A stretch of DNA of 64,000 nucleotides from Amoebophrya sp. A120. Taxonomy: Eukaryota > Protista > Dinoflagellata. Every line of letters starts with the position of its first letter. The stretch's first letter is position 1. The DNA lies in assembly GCA_905178155.1 (NCBI GenBank), contig CAJINV010000005.1:8959222-9023221 (forward strand). Direction: 5' to 3'. Made by a program: the position numbers and the translations under genes. The notes below the pieces were generated by a model. That model ran no database searches. It worked only from the letters and a program-made list of their open reading frames with translations, and had not been told where the DNA came from. Positions 12,501 through 23,226 of this stretch are shown one piece after another.

Positions 12501-13779
12501 CCGGTCTGCAACATTTCGCCCCATGTGGTGGGCGCCATCGACACACACCACACGGCGCAACACGCAAGGCCTCTGCCCCGAAAACGAAGAGCCGGACGCC
12601 AACCGGCACAGAAAGGCGCCGGAACATGAATGGGGCCAAAGCTTCGCCACAAACCCCCCGGCGGCAAAATTTTAAAAAAATGAAAGCCAAGCAGTTCGGT
12701 TTTTCAATGAACGCCATAGATTTTTTATTTTTTCGGCTACTGGGACTCGATCTGGTCGACGACGGCCCTCCGCGCGCGGCAGAAGGTGCACCAGACGAGG
12801 ATCTTCCAGTGTGTTCTGCAGAGGGGCTGCCCAAAATCGTTAAAGCTTTTCGATTTGGGTGTCGCGGAAAGTCGCGAATCGTCTAGGTTTCCCATTTTGA
12901 AACAGAACGTGTGGAGGTTCGTCTATCGCAAGTTCATACTCCCTGCCTGGGAGGGGGTTCTGCCGGAAAATAGTGGCGAGTGCCTGATGTGGTTGTCCGT
13001 TGACTCCGCCAGCTGCTACAAATTAAAGCGGTCGGAGTACGTACTTCTGTCCGTCGTGCATTCCCAGCGGGAGTTCTGGGCGAAGCTTAAGCACCCGGAG
13101 CTTGCCGACGCGCCGGAGCTCGGCAACAACTGCGCGGAGAACGTCTGGCGGCACTTGCGTAAGTTGCTGAAGGAACGTATGGAAGTGTCAGAGTCGAAAT
13201 CGGCAAAATCGAAATAATTTGCGATGCATAAAGCCGGCACCACTTGGGGCCTCGGTGTGTTTCGAAGTGGCGCATGACAAATTTCGGGAGCACGAAGAGC
13301 AAGCCGGTCATGCTGTTTGGGCGAAGAAGACTGCTCCTGCCGTGCTGCTCCGGCAGGGCATCGCCTTCCTCTAAACAGGCTTGGAATCGGTCTCATTTGC
13401 CTGCTCCCCAGCACAGGCCTCACTTGCCCTACCTTTTCTGCATTGCAAGTTTCTCGATTTTGTCGATTTCGATCCTGGCGCCCCCATAGAACGGTGTGCG
13501 ACAATGCGGAAGGACCACCTGATGCAGAAGCCGAATTGGGTCTACGCTATGGCGTATCTGTTTGTTTCTTCCCTCCCCATCGACGGCCGAGTGTCCGAGA
13601 TCATGCAGATGCTCTTATCGCCGCGAACCCTCTACAGCGTTGGCCCGAGCGTGCCCCCGGAGGGACTGTCACAGGAAGAGCAGGACGCCCTCTCCGAGGA
13701 AGAGTGGTCCGACGAAGAAGACGAGCAGCCGGAGTCCGATCTCAAGGAGCTCTTCGACCTGTCGCCGTCCGAGGGATAG
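6561..13779 (+). CDS. Multidomain protein: D5-like SF3 helicase + TVpol (A-family-like primase-polymerase) + Zn ribbon/HTH + IS1595/ISXO2/Merlin-type DDE transposase, ~1957 aa reconstructed
   Basis: Joins ORFs 6399..8981, 8704..11772, 12786..13217 and 13381..13779 via a +1 shift near 8890, removal of 1028 nt (11738-12765) and removal of 316 nt (introner 13178-13488 + TSD); total 5874 nt. Helicase: WAKFLRECF, HGFAKST, TPEV, LMKNL...RRKY, EFN, SRILV. Polymerase: GSRRY...QRLPR, WDIENCDP, AKTALLRLLCGG, IFDA. Transposase: CATC...WVCKC, HTH, VEADE, SVDSASCY, VVHS, NNCAENVW. Confidence 0.8.
11738..12765. mobile_element. 1028-bp foldback/MITE-like insertion splitting the transposase domain
   Basis: ~60-bp imperfect terminal inverted repeats (GTCGACCACATCGAG...AAATAAAAAATCTATGGCGTT); 8-nt direct repeat GACGACGG at 11730-11737 and 12758-12765; internal inverted GAAAAAAAGTCAG / CTGACTTTTTTCT tracts. 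Confidence 0.85.
13178..13488. mobile_element. Introner, family E, in the transposase C-terminus
   Basis: TIR TATGGAAGTGTCAGAGTCGAAATCGGCAAAATCG; perfect TSD GAACG. Confidence 0.9.
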
Positions 13780-14048
13780 CGTTGCTTTCGGAAACTATAT
13801 CAGTTAAGACTCGAAATATCAGCAACACCAATAAACTCAGCAATTTACGCAAGCGCCGCCAGTACGTTCTCCGTGCAGTTGTTGCCGGGTTCGGGCGTGT
13901 CGGCAGGCTCCGGGCGCTTAAGCTTCGCCCCGGTCGTGTATATCAGAAATCAGGAATATGCGTAGCATTGTGCAACAGAAGAAAATCGAGCAGGCATATA
14001 ATACGAGAAGCGTACTAGATTCCTAGAAATAACAGAAACGACAGTCGA

Positions 14049-14206
14049 AGCGTTGAAATTTCGGAAAAGATAAAGCCTACGCTGGCCGTTCGCAGATAGA
14101 TTTTTCATTTTTTCACAAGCTGGCTCGCAGCGTTGAAATTCCGGAAAAGATAAAGCCTACGCTGGCCGTTCGCAGATAGATTTTGTATTTTTTCACAGGC
14201 TGACTC
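14049..14206. repeat. Direct repeat, 2 x 80 bp
   Basis: AGCGTTGAAATT(T/C)CGGAAAAGATAAAGCCTACGCTGGCCGTTCGCAGATAG... at 14049 and 14129. Confidence 0.9.
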
Positions 14207-14350
14207 TGTACAAAAGTGGAGCTGGAGACATTCGAAAAAAATGCCCAAGGCTGCTGAAAAACATAAAAGCGAAGGAAGACCGGAGGCCGGCAGACTCCTG
14301 CGCATGTGTGTCCCCCTTCTCCTTTCTTCTCTCGCCGTGTATTATCTCGC

Positions 14351-14997
14351 GAGGGACAGAGGACCGAGGACCGGAGACCAGCAGGCTCCCTGTTATGTGC
14401 CCGACCTTTCAAGCTACCGCCTCACCTCGCCAACTACTACCTTGTGAGCGACTGAGGACCGAGGACCGGAGACCAAGAAACCCCCTTTCATGTGTCTCAG
14501 CTTTCTAATTTCTTACCCCTTCAAGTATTACCTTTGGAGCGACTGAGGACCGAGGACCGGAGACCAAGAAACTCCCCTTCGTGTGTCTCAGCCTTCTACT
14601 TTCTTATCCCTTCAAGTATTACCCTTTGAGCGACTGAGGACCGAGGACCGGAGACCAAGAGACTCCCTTTCGTGTGTCTCAGCCTTCTACTTTCTTATCC
14701 CTTCAAGTATTACCCTTGGAGCGACTGAGGACCGAGGACCGGAGACCAAGAAACTCCCTTTCATGTGTCTCAGCTTTCTAATTTCTTACCCCTTCAAGTG
14801 GGACCCTTTGGGCGACTGAGGACCGAGGACCGGAGACCAAGAAACTCCCTTTCATGTGTCTCAGCTTTCTAATTTCTTATCCCTTCAAGTATTACCTTTT
14901 GAGCGACTGAGGACCGAGGACCGGAGACCAAGAAACTCCCTCTCATGTGTCTCAGCCTTCTACTTTCTTATCCCTTCACGAGACCAAGAAGCCCCCT
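14351..14997. repeat. Tandem repeat, ~7 copies of a 91-bp unit
   Basis: GAGCGACTGAGGACCGAGGACCGGAGACCAAG... at 14446, 14537, 14628, 14719, 14810 and 14901, with a degenerate copy at 14351. Confidence 0.95.
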
Positions 14998-15524
14998 CTT
15001 AGGAGTTGTAAGGAAGGTTCTTCCTTTTGCGGAAGTTGAGCGGTTGAGTGTTGTTTGTTGTTGTTGCAGTTCTTGCTCAAGTAGAGAAAAAACGCCAATC
15101 ACGATGGAGCTGCTGTTATTCCGTACCATGCCAAGAACTACAACTACCCGGCCAGGTCTAGCACAAGAACTCGTGACAATTTTTTTTTTCAAAACTTCAA
15201 TCCTTTTTCATACTGCAGCCAAGAAGGGAAGCACTCGTGCCAGAGGGCTGTTAAACCAAATTTTGTCTTTTAGAGCTGAAGTTTTTTTTGTTCACAGTTC
15301 ATCATTCATTTATCATCATCTTTGGGACGAGAAACGTATTTTATTTTGTTCCTTGTGACGTCTGCCTACATCATTCGTCGTGTGTCGAAATTCGAATCTT
15401 CTCCCTGCGATTACCGCACGAAAAGGATAGATGGATTGACATTCAGCTACTTAAATTTCGGTCCATGAGGAGTCAGTACGAAGTTATTGAACCTATATGG
15501 TACTAACCTCGCCAACCTTCATTC

Positions 15525-18153
15525 TTAAACGATATCCGCCACTTTTGCTAACAGCATGCGTCCGGTCATCCTCTCGTATCCTGAGTAAAAACGTACCCAC
15601 ACCATAGTCAAGATGGGGAATCGGCTAGACAAATCCACAAGTTTTGGCTGTTTTGCATGACAAATTTGGATTCTTAGTGTAGTGCTGTTTGAGCTAGCTC
15701 AGCAGCATCACAGATCTAGCATACCATGCTGATTGGAGCATGACAAATTGCAAAACACGACTAGAAAATGCTTCTCATGGGGCTCCGCATGAGAAACATT
15801 GTCAGCATGCAGATTTGCATTACAACTCTGGTGTGGGTACGTTTTTACTCAGGATATCTCGTACAGCAGAATTACGAGGAAATTCCCCACCAGCAGGAAG
15901 GAATACAGCACTTATTAAGAGGAAAAATCCCCCCTCCCCATATCGAAAACGAAATTTGTGATGCAGATCTGTGGTCACAAATCAGCTTTGTGATGCTAGA
16001 AGGCAAAAGTTGCGGACTCTAGTGCTGTCTAGCGTGGAAAAAACCTTGCGGCTCCAGGATGATAGGAGGTAGCTGGAAGTGGGAAACAGCATGACAGACT
16101 ACCTGCAATTTAGGCCGCAGCTTCGTCTGTGAGCCTTCTAGCAATACAAGTTGATTTGTGTACTCAAATACAGCATCACAAATTCGCGCGCCTTCCGTTT
16201 CCGATATGGGGTGGGAGGATTTTTCCTTTTGATAGCACTGTCTCGTTGTGCTTCAGAAATTCGTCGCCGTGTTTGAAGCCAAACTTGACTATCAGCACCA
16301 CCAACTTCTTATGCTGTGCAAAAGTATCGTACTCGTATAAATGCATTACAAATTGACTTAGCATTACAAATTTAATTTGTAATGCGCATTTGCCTATAAC
16401 AAAAACAAGATTTGTAATGCATAAACGCATACGCAATTAGTACGAGTACGATACTTTTGCAGTTCATACTTCTCGATGAACACCCAGGCCGAGGTGGCCA
16501 CCAAAATGCTGCTGAAAGCTTGCACTGCGGTCTTCCAGATGGGCCGCTGGTGTGACTGATGCGAGAGACTGGTGTCGCCCGTCGCGGTTCTGCCTCCAAT
16601 CTGGGGCTCCACTGCCTCAACCTCCATCGGGATCTGCTGATTTTGGCTGGTATCAAATGCAAATATGTCTGGGTCTGGAAACCTGTGATGCTAAAATGTG
16701 GATGACGGAACTACTTCCGGATGCAGCCCAGCATGACAACTTTCCAGCACGCTTTCTCTTTTCCCATACGCAATCCGCATGAGAAACTGCCTTTTTGCAT
16801 GACAAAAGTGGGAGTGGCTGCGACCCAGACCCAGACGTATTTACATTTGATAGCTGGGTGCGTCCGTGCTCATCAAGGTGCGGTTTAACTGCTCCTGCTC
16901 CAATTTGTGCTGCTGCTGGTGCTGTTGCAACAGCTGTGCGCCGCCCGACGGCGCGGTGTGGTGTTGAAATTCCTGCTGCTGTCCTGCAAAACCCAGGACC
17001 GCGTGCTGCTGCAGATACCAGGCTAGGAGTAGCGAACAGAACCCCACGAAGCCGAACGTGAGCAGTTGCAACCGCAAGTGGTCGGGGAAGAGAATGTCCT
17101 CCACGATCCCTATCCTCAGCAAAAACTTTCCCACCGCAGAGTTGTCATGCAAATGCGTATATGACAGGAACATTTGTAATGCGCATCTCCATAAGGAGCA
17201 TTTCCAATTGTCCTTTGGACTTTGTCATGCTGTAAATCGAGGATGAGACGCTGGGTTTCTCCTAAGGTTGCCTTTGCTACCCAGCACTAAACTGCAGATG
17301 GAAACTTGTCATGCAAAACTCCGAAAACTTGCAGATTGGTGTTGCAGATTTCCCATCTTGACTCTGGTGTGGGAACGTTTTTACTCAGCATAATCCCTTC
17401 GTACCAGTCCCACGTCCACACGATGAAGGGGAAAAGGAGAAACCACTGGAAAACGTTATTGTTGGAAGGTTCGGAGATCGCCGTTTTGATCAGCTCCCGG
17501 GATTATCCAGTGCAAATATGTCTGGGTCTGGAAAGGTGGAACTTGTAATGCTGAGCTTCCACTCCTGTGCAATCTGTCTTGCATGACCAACAAAAGTCGC
17601 AGCCTTTTCTGTCACGCATAAATGCAGTTTCTCATGCGGGCTGCGCATGAGAAAGCGTCCTGCAAACTTGTCATGCTTGGCTGCATGTGGAGGCGTTGTC
17701 ATCATCCACAGTTTAGCATCACAAATTTCCAGACCCAGACATATTTGCATGTGATAGGGATGAAGACGAACCGGAGCCGAGACCGCGGCCGGTATGCATT
17801 GCAAATACGTCTGGGTCTGGAAGTTGGTGACTTGTGATGCTGTTTTTGGATTCCAAAAAAATCTGTATTGCATGAACTGCAAAAGGGTTCCAGTTTTCGC
17901 TACGCGGAGAGGGAATTTCTCATGCTGTATGGGCATCAGAAAGCATTTGCAAAATCTGTGATGCTAGAGCATGCATCACAGACAAAATCATGGGTCATGC
18001 AAAATATGCATGACAGACGTTGCATTTTTCCACGCCCTGACATTGTTGCAGTTGATAGCCGGAAGGTTGCTGCAATTCCCCGGTGAGCTCCTGTGGCGAA
18101 GCGTGTTGCGTCGGTGCCGGCATATTAGAAGTGGTGGTCCCGTAGGAATTCAT
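15525..18153 (-). CDS. Hypothetical multi-pass membrane protein, 8 exons, ~276 aa
   Basis: Removing 7 introners plus one TSD each gives an open 831-nt frame: MNSYG...FQWFLLFPFIVWTWDWYEGIVEDILFP...SILVATSAWVFIEKLVVLI...YSFLLVGNFLVILLYE...KVADIV*. Confidence 0.8.
15577..15856. mobile_element. Introner, family B
   Basis: TIR TATCCTGAGTAAAAACGTACCCACACCA; TSD TCTCG. Confidence 0.92.
15913..16234. mobile_element. Introner, family C
   Basis: TIR TATTAAGAGGAAAAATCCCCCTCCCCATATCG; TSD GCACT. Confidence 0.92.
16310..16468. mobile_element. Introner, family D
   Basis: TIR TATGCTGTGCAAAAGTATCGTACTCGTA; TSD CTTCT. Confidence 0.92.
16651..16852. mobile_element. Introner, family A
   Basis: TIR TATCAAATGCAAATATGTCTGGGTCTGG; TSD GCTGG. 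Confidence 0.92.
17111..17392. mobile_element. Introner, family B, opposite orientation to the 15577 copy
   Basis: B-type TIR; TSD ATCCC. Confidence 0.9.
17504..17756. mobile_element. Introner, family A
   Basis: A-type TIR; TSD GGGAT. Confidence 0.92.
17793..18057. mobile_element. Introner, family A
   Basis: A-type TIR, right arm diverged; TSD GCCGG. Confidence 0.88.
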
Positions 18154-18967
18154 GATGGCGCAGCGCTGGGTGCAGCCGGTAGGCCGAAAAGCATCAAAAG
18201 CTACGCACTTGTACGGGGGGTCCTCGGCGTCGCCGACTACAGGAATGCAAGATGTGAAGGAGCGCGGCTATGAGGACTATATTTTTCCACCATCGTCGAC
18301 TTCATCGACAGAAACAACAACAAGTCGCGAAGATCTGCTGTAATGAAGATATTCTATTTTACGTGTCTGACCACGGAGCTCGTGCGGAGCTACGCAAACC
18401 TTTATTCCCAGATAAGTAAAAACATGAGCCTTTTTGAAACTTCTGTCACGAGAGGACCCTGAGGACTTCTGCTCGTCTCACTCACTAGCAATTGCTTCGA
18501 GCTTCCTCCCTCTGAGTGCAAGAAGAACTCTCAAGTAAGTAGTCGTGTGCTCACATCGTCCTCCTGGCACCAAGCTGGTGCGGCGCACGTCGATGGGACT
18601 GCGAGTTTGAGCGAAAACGACATGAGAATTCATGCATTCCGCAGGAGAAACAGCTCCTCATCCCGGAGATTGAGGCTTGGCTCTGAATAAACAACAGAGT
18701 CATCATCAGATGAAGCGTTTTTCTTTTTTCTGTAAAACTCTCTTGTAGTTGTACTTGTATCGCAACGTCGACTACATCACGAGTCGCAATCATTTCTACT
18801 TCCAATTCATCAATATTGTACAGTGCAGGTAGTGCGTGTCATCCCAAGAAATGGCAACAATATGAACTCAAATCTTATACGAAACTCAAATCTTATACTC
18901 AAGTACGACACGACCATGTTCTTGCAACCAAATAAATCTGTACAAAGCAGTGTCCTCGAAAAATCAA

Positions 18968-20548
18968 TCAATTCTGTCCCTCCGAGTTCCTAAACTTCAG
19001 CATTTCCAGCTTCACCCTATCAAATGCAACTATGTCTGGGTCTGGGAGATTGCGAGATTTGTCATGCTAATCTGGCATCATGACTCTGAACTCTATGTTG
19101 CGGCACCGCAAAGAGCTCACTCTTGCTTGTCATACAAATTATAACTAAAACGCACTTTCTTATGCGGAGTACACAACGCAGAACCACGGAAAAACTTGTC
19201 ATGCTTGATAGCGCATTAAAGTTGTGTGCCCGCTATTCCCTTCCTTGCATCACAAGTTTCCAGGCAGAGGACCCAGACATATTTGCGGTGCATACACTCG
19301 CCGCGTCCGCAGGTTCCACTGCGCGACGATCATTCTGCGCTTAGTATGCTTTGTAAAAACGTCCCCCCCCCAGAGTTGTAATGCAGATCTGCATGCTTAA
19401 ATTGTTTCTCATGCGGAGACGCATGAGAAAATTTCATTTCTAGTGGTGTTTTGAGATATGTGTATGTGATGCATAAATCAGCATGACAAACTGGATCTGT
19501 GATGCTGCTGCACTAGCTAAACGTGACTACATTACAAGCCCGAATTTGTCATGCGCAACAGCCAAAGCTACGTGATTTGTGTAGCAGATTTCCCATCTTG
19601 ACTATGGGATGGATTAGTTTTTACATTGGGTACTTGATCTTCGCGGAGAGTTGCGGAAAATTTTGCTTCAAGTCGTTCTTTATCAAATGCAAAAATGTCT
19701 GGGTCTGGAAACTTGTGATGCTAAAATGTCACTGGTGGGCGCACTGCAATACGCAGCCAAGCATGACAACTTTTTGAGCTGCTCTTGTGTTTCGTTTTCC
19801 GCATGGCAAACTGCGTTTCTGCATGACAGACAAGAGGCCCTTTTCGTGGCTATGCAACACAGATTCATCTCGAGTCATACCAGACAAGCATCACAGACTT
19901 GCATTCTTCCAGACCCAGACATTTTTGCATTTGATATTCTTGTACTGTTTCCACTGCGGCCCAAAAAACTCCTCCTTTAGCTCGTCAAACTTCTCCATCC
20001 TGTGCTAAAGTAACATCGAACTCGCACATCGTAATTGCAATCGTGCGAGACAAATCTTGATCCTGAGCTAAATCAGTATGCTGGCGAATTCCGTTTGTCA
20101 TGCTGAGCTGCAAGTTTGTGATGCAGTTTCTACGTAGTAAGATATTACTTATGCAATGCATATTCTGCTCTTCTTTCTCGAGAAGCTGCTTGTTTTTCCC
20201 GTTTCGTTCCTCCTGCGCACGCGGGGGTCCGCGACCACACGGAGACGTAGAGCTCTTGTGCCGTGCTGTCGGAGGGGATGCTACAGACGCAGCCTCACGT
20301 TTGGACTTGATATGATTCGGCGAGGCTGCGGATGAAGAAGGTCCGCTTTTGTAGTCAGATGGAAGTGCTAGTCTTGATGCTCCAGGTGAGTTTTTTCTCA
20401 ACATCATGCGGGTGTCAGTCAGACAGTTCATCCCGGCTTTCAGTTTTCGCTCGATTCGCTTCAGCTGCTCGTCCACGTCTGCGTCACCACTAGAGACGAA
20501 AGAAGTCGTTGGAGCGGGAGAGGTTAATAGAGCCGTTGTGGCAGCCAT
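18968..20548 (-). CDS. Hypothetical protein, 5 exons, ~190 aa
   Basis: MAATTALLTSP... joined across 4 introners gives 573 nt ending ...KIKRRMIVAQWNLRTRRVKLEMLKFRNSEGQN*. Confidence 0.7.
19018..19294. mobile_element. Introner, family A
   Basis: TSD CACCC/CACTC. Confidence 0.85.
19345..19632. mobile_element. Introner, family B, diverged
   Basis: TSD CTTAG/CTTGA. Confidence 0.8.
19681..19936. mobile_element. Introner, family A
   Basis: Near-perfect 30-bp TIR; TSD TTCTT. Confidence 0.92.
19996..20162. mobile_element. Introner, D-like, diverged
   Basis: TSD TTCTC/TTCTG; removal preserves frame. Confidence 0.65.
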
Positions 20549-22292
20549 GGTTTCTCTTTTGCGCTGCTCGGAGGTGTAAATATTTATTTCCTTTTCGCTT
20601 CTAAAACGGCGCCGCTCTGCTCTTGTATAGCTGCGTCGATAGCAACAAACAGTGAGCACGACGCCTAATTCTGCGTGGGACGGAGAGAGCGGCCTGCTAG
20701 ACAAGAAACCCAGCCCTTCCTCACCCGCTGATCTTTATCTTTTTCAAAAGAACAACGAACAAAAAGATAAACGCCCTGAACGCGACCAACCACACCGTAA
20801 ACTTCTCAACATACAACGATTCTTCTATCAGCCAGTCAAATAAATCTTTATGCCGGGCCCCACAGGAGGTGCAGATCTTATGCTCTGACTCTCAGCTGTC
20901 CCATTCTTCGTCATCGTGGGGGAAAAAACCTGTCTTGCGCGTTCCTGTAAAAAAGCAGATCAACCTCCAACACCCACTAGGCTTCTTGACGACGTTGTAT
21001 CTTCTGCAACGATTGGTTGTGTTTCACGAGACGCCTGGCCCGAGAATGTAGCTGCTCACAGACAAGAAATAAACGGAAAACCTGACGGACGCAGGAGGGC
21101 TTCAAGTGTTCGTGTTGGTGATTGAAAATAAACCTCGGCTGTCAAAAAAAAAACTTAGTCGACCGACCGACCCACATAGCAGAAACAGACAGAAAAAAGT
21201 TACATAGGATGATAAACTCACTCCCAGTACGAGGAATTTTTACTTCCGAGCACGTCAGGCACGAGCAACAGCCGTCCGTCTACTTGCGCTTGTTCCTCCC
21301 AGACCTTCTGAAGGTCTTCCCGGAAGAATACGAAGCCCCGGAACACGAAGCAATCTACCGAGCAAATTGAGAACACGCCAGAATCCTCGTCATTTTAGCT
21401 ACGCACGGGCGTGCACCAGATCGAGGGGCGCAGCTCCTCCGTAGAAAAGCGTTTTTATTTGTTCAGCGTCCATAGTCGTTACCTCTGCGCGCACAGGCCA
21501 GGATGTTTGTCCACAGGAACGGCGCAGCTGCACATGCGTGCTTAGTGCGTCCTCGTATTGCTGATTCCCGTGAATGTGGCTCGGTGCGGCTGATTTCCAA
21601 AACTGTAAATCGTTCTCGTTTTTTCAAAAAGCTCTTTGATAAGCAAGAAACAGAAAGCGACTTGCCGAAAGTGATACAGACATACTTAGAAAGTGGAGCC
21701 CTACCCAGAAACGAAATAAGTGCCAAAAGTGTGACGATCGATGATGAGACAGAAAGAAAGCCTGTGCCTCGGTTCTGTCGCCTCGAAATCTTCGCGGAAA
21801 ATTTCAGGGCCACAGAAGTGGCGACACTAGCGAAACAAAATTTTGCCGACGGGAAGTCCGGCCTCCATAATACTCAGATACTCAAAACTCACTGCGAAAA
21901 CTTCCTTTTTCAATACAAAGCACGATTGGATTGGATTGGAAATCTGATTCAATGGACGCAATGGAGAGGGGCGAACTCGGGGCTGTAAGAGCTCCGGCGA
22001 GTGCTTTCATGAGCTAAGCTTGACCACGCTTACTGCTATAGTAGAGGCGGCTAACGATGAACCTGCACCCCTCCCTCGTGTCATACATACCCCGGGCTTA
22101 ATATCATCATGCTTACAGGGGGGACGGGGACATTCAAGTCAAGAATGTAGTGTATAGTCACGAGGAAATCTGATTCAAGATTCACGAGGAAGACATCAAG
22201 AATGTAGTGTATAGTCAGGTGAAGTTGTAAAACGAAAAAGTCACGATAGAGTTCTTGGAGAAAGTAAAAGATAAAGAAGTTGTCGTTTCCAC

Positions 22293-22585
22293 TGCAAATA
22301 TAATCATATGTCAGTCTGGGCCTGGAAGAAGGCTGCAGACTTTTGTTATGTCGCTTGTGCAACATCCGCATCAAGCCATTTTGTAACGCATGCGAAAGCA
22401 TTACGCGCCAGGCTTCTATGTATAGAGTAAATGCGCCTCTTTTACCACAAGTCTTGTTTCTTGCGTGTAAAATAGAAACCAGGCAGATTTTCGTGGGTGC
22501 CCGTGCAAACGAAAATTTTGCGTGACGCAGAAGTCCAAATCTCACGTCGCGGCGTTTCCAGACCCAGACCCAGAGTGGCATCCTT
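22293..22585. mobile_element. Degenerate family-A introner relic
   Basis: GTCTGGGCCTGGAA ... TTCCAGACCCAGAC arms; exact ends unclear. Confidence 0.45.
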
Positions 22586-23226
22586 GCGTTGAAAAACAAA
22601 TTGGATGATAATGTACCCGACTGCGGGGTCTATGAGCTGCGGGATCATGTGTGAGGTCAGAATCAATGCTGCGATGAAAATGTTGGTCAAAACACTGTAA
22701 AACGAAAACAAACTAGACATGATAGTACGGGACTTCGAATACTTAGTAAGATGTGATAGAAGATTGAGGGTGCTTTGAAGGAAAAGATACGAAGAGTGCT
22801 TGATTGTTGTAGCAAGTTGTAGATTAAAATTTGTGAAATCCAAACACTTTTGCTTCCTGACGAATGCAAATGGCGTGGCGAAAGTGAACAGAAAAACACG
22901 GAAATAAGCGCAAATAGCAGCAGTAGGTTAACAAACTTTTCATGCTGTCATCACAAGCAAAATGAAACGCTTTTAAAGGAGAGTTGCCGACAAGGTGACG
23001 ACTGTCGTTGTTATAGCATGGGTCTGCACCCACTTCATCTCCGCAACTTTCATGACGGAGATGATCTTCAAACATGGACTCAATTTCCAATAGACAAGGT
23101 TCCGACCGTCCAGTCTCATCAAGAGATGGCCGCGCGCCATTTGCCAAAAACATAAAGCGCTGCTGATCTTCGGTCCAGAGACAGCACGCAGAACGTTTCT
23201 TGCCTTCGAGCACCGGTAGATCAGGA

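Larger units (their letters stand above)
1..14997 (+). mobile_element. Candidate large DNA transposon carrying a helicase-TVpol-Merlin/IS1595 transposase gene and accessory genes; boundaries uncertain, left end probably outside the window
   Basis: Visibly more GC-rich than the host region; three co-oriented genes including a DDE transposase fusion; ends in tandem repeats. No TIR pair or TSD identified. Confidence 0.55.

Noticed and set aside
11380-13779. The Merlin-type transposase as the enzyme that mobilises introner families A-F
   Set aside because: Merlin/IS1595 elements typically make 8-9-bp TSDs, whereas these introners have 5-bp TSDs, and no shared termini were found. Not supported here.
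1-14997. Polinton, virophage or Polinton-like virus
   Set aside because: No pPolB, retroviral integrase, capsid or A32 ATPase motifs were recognised in the window; they could lie upstream.
14351-14997. CRISPR array
   Set aside because: The 91-bp units are near-identical throughout with no unique spacers, there are no cas genes and the context is eukaryotic.
20600-23220. Short ORFs here and in 32600-34200 and 59100-61460
   Set aside because: No motifs or consistent exon chain could be established, so they were left unannotated.
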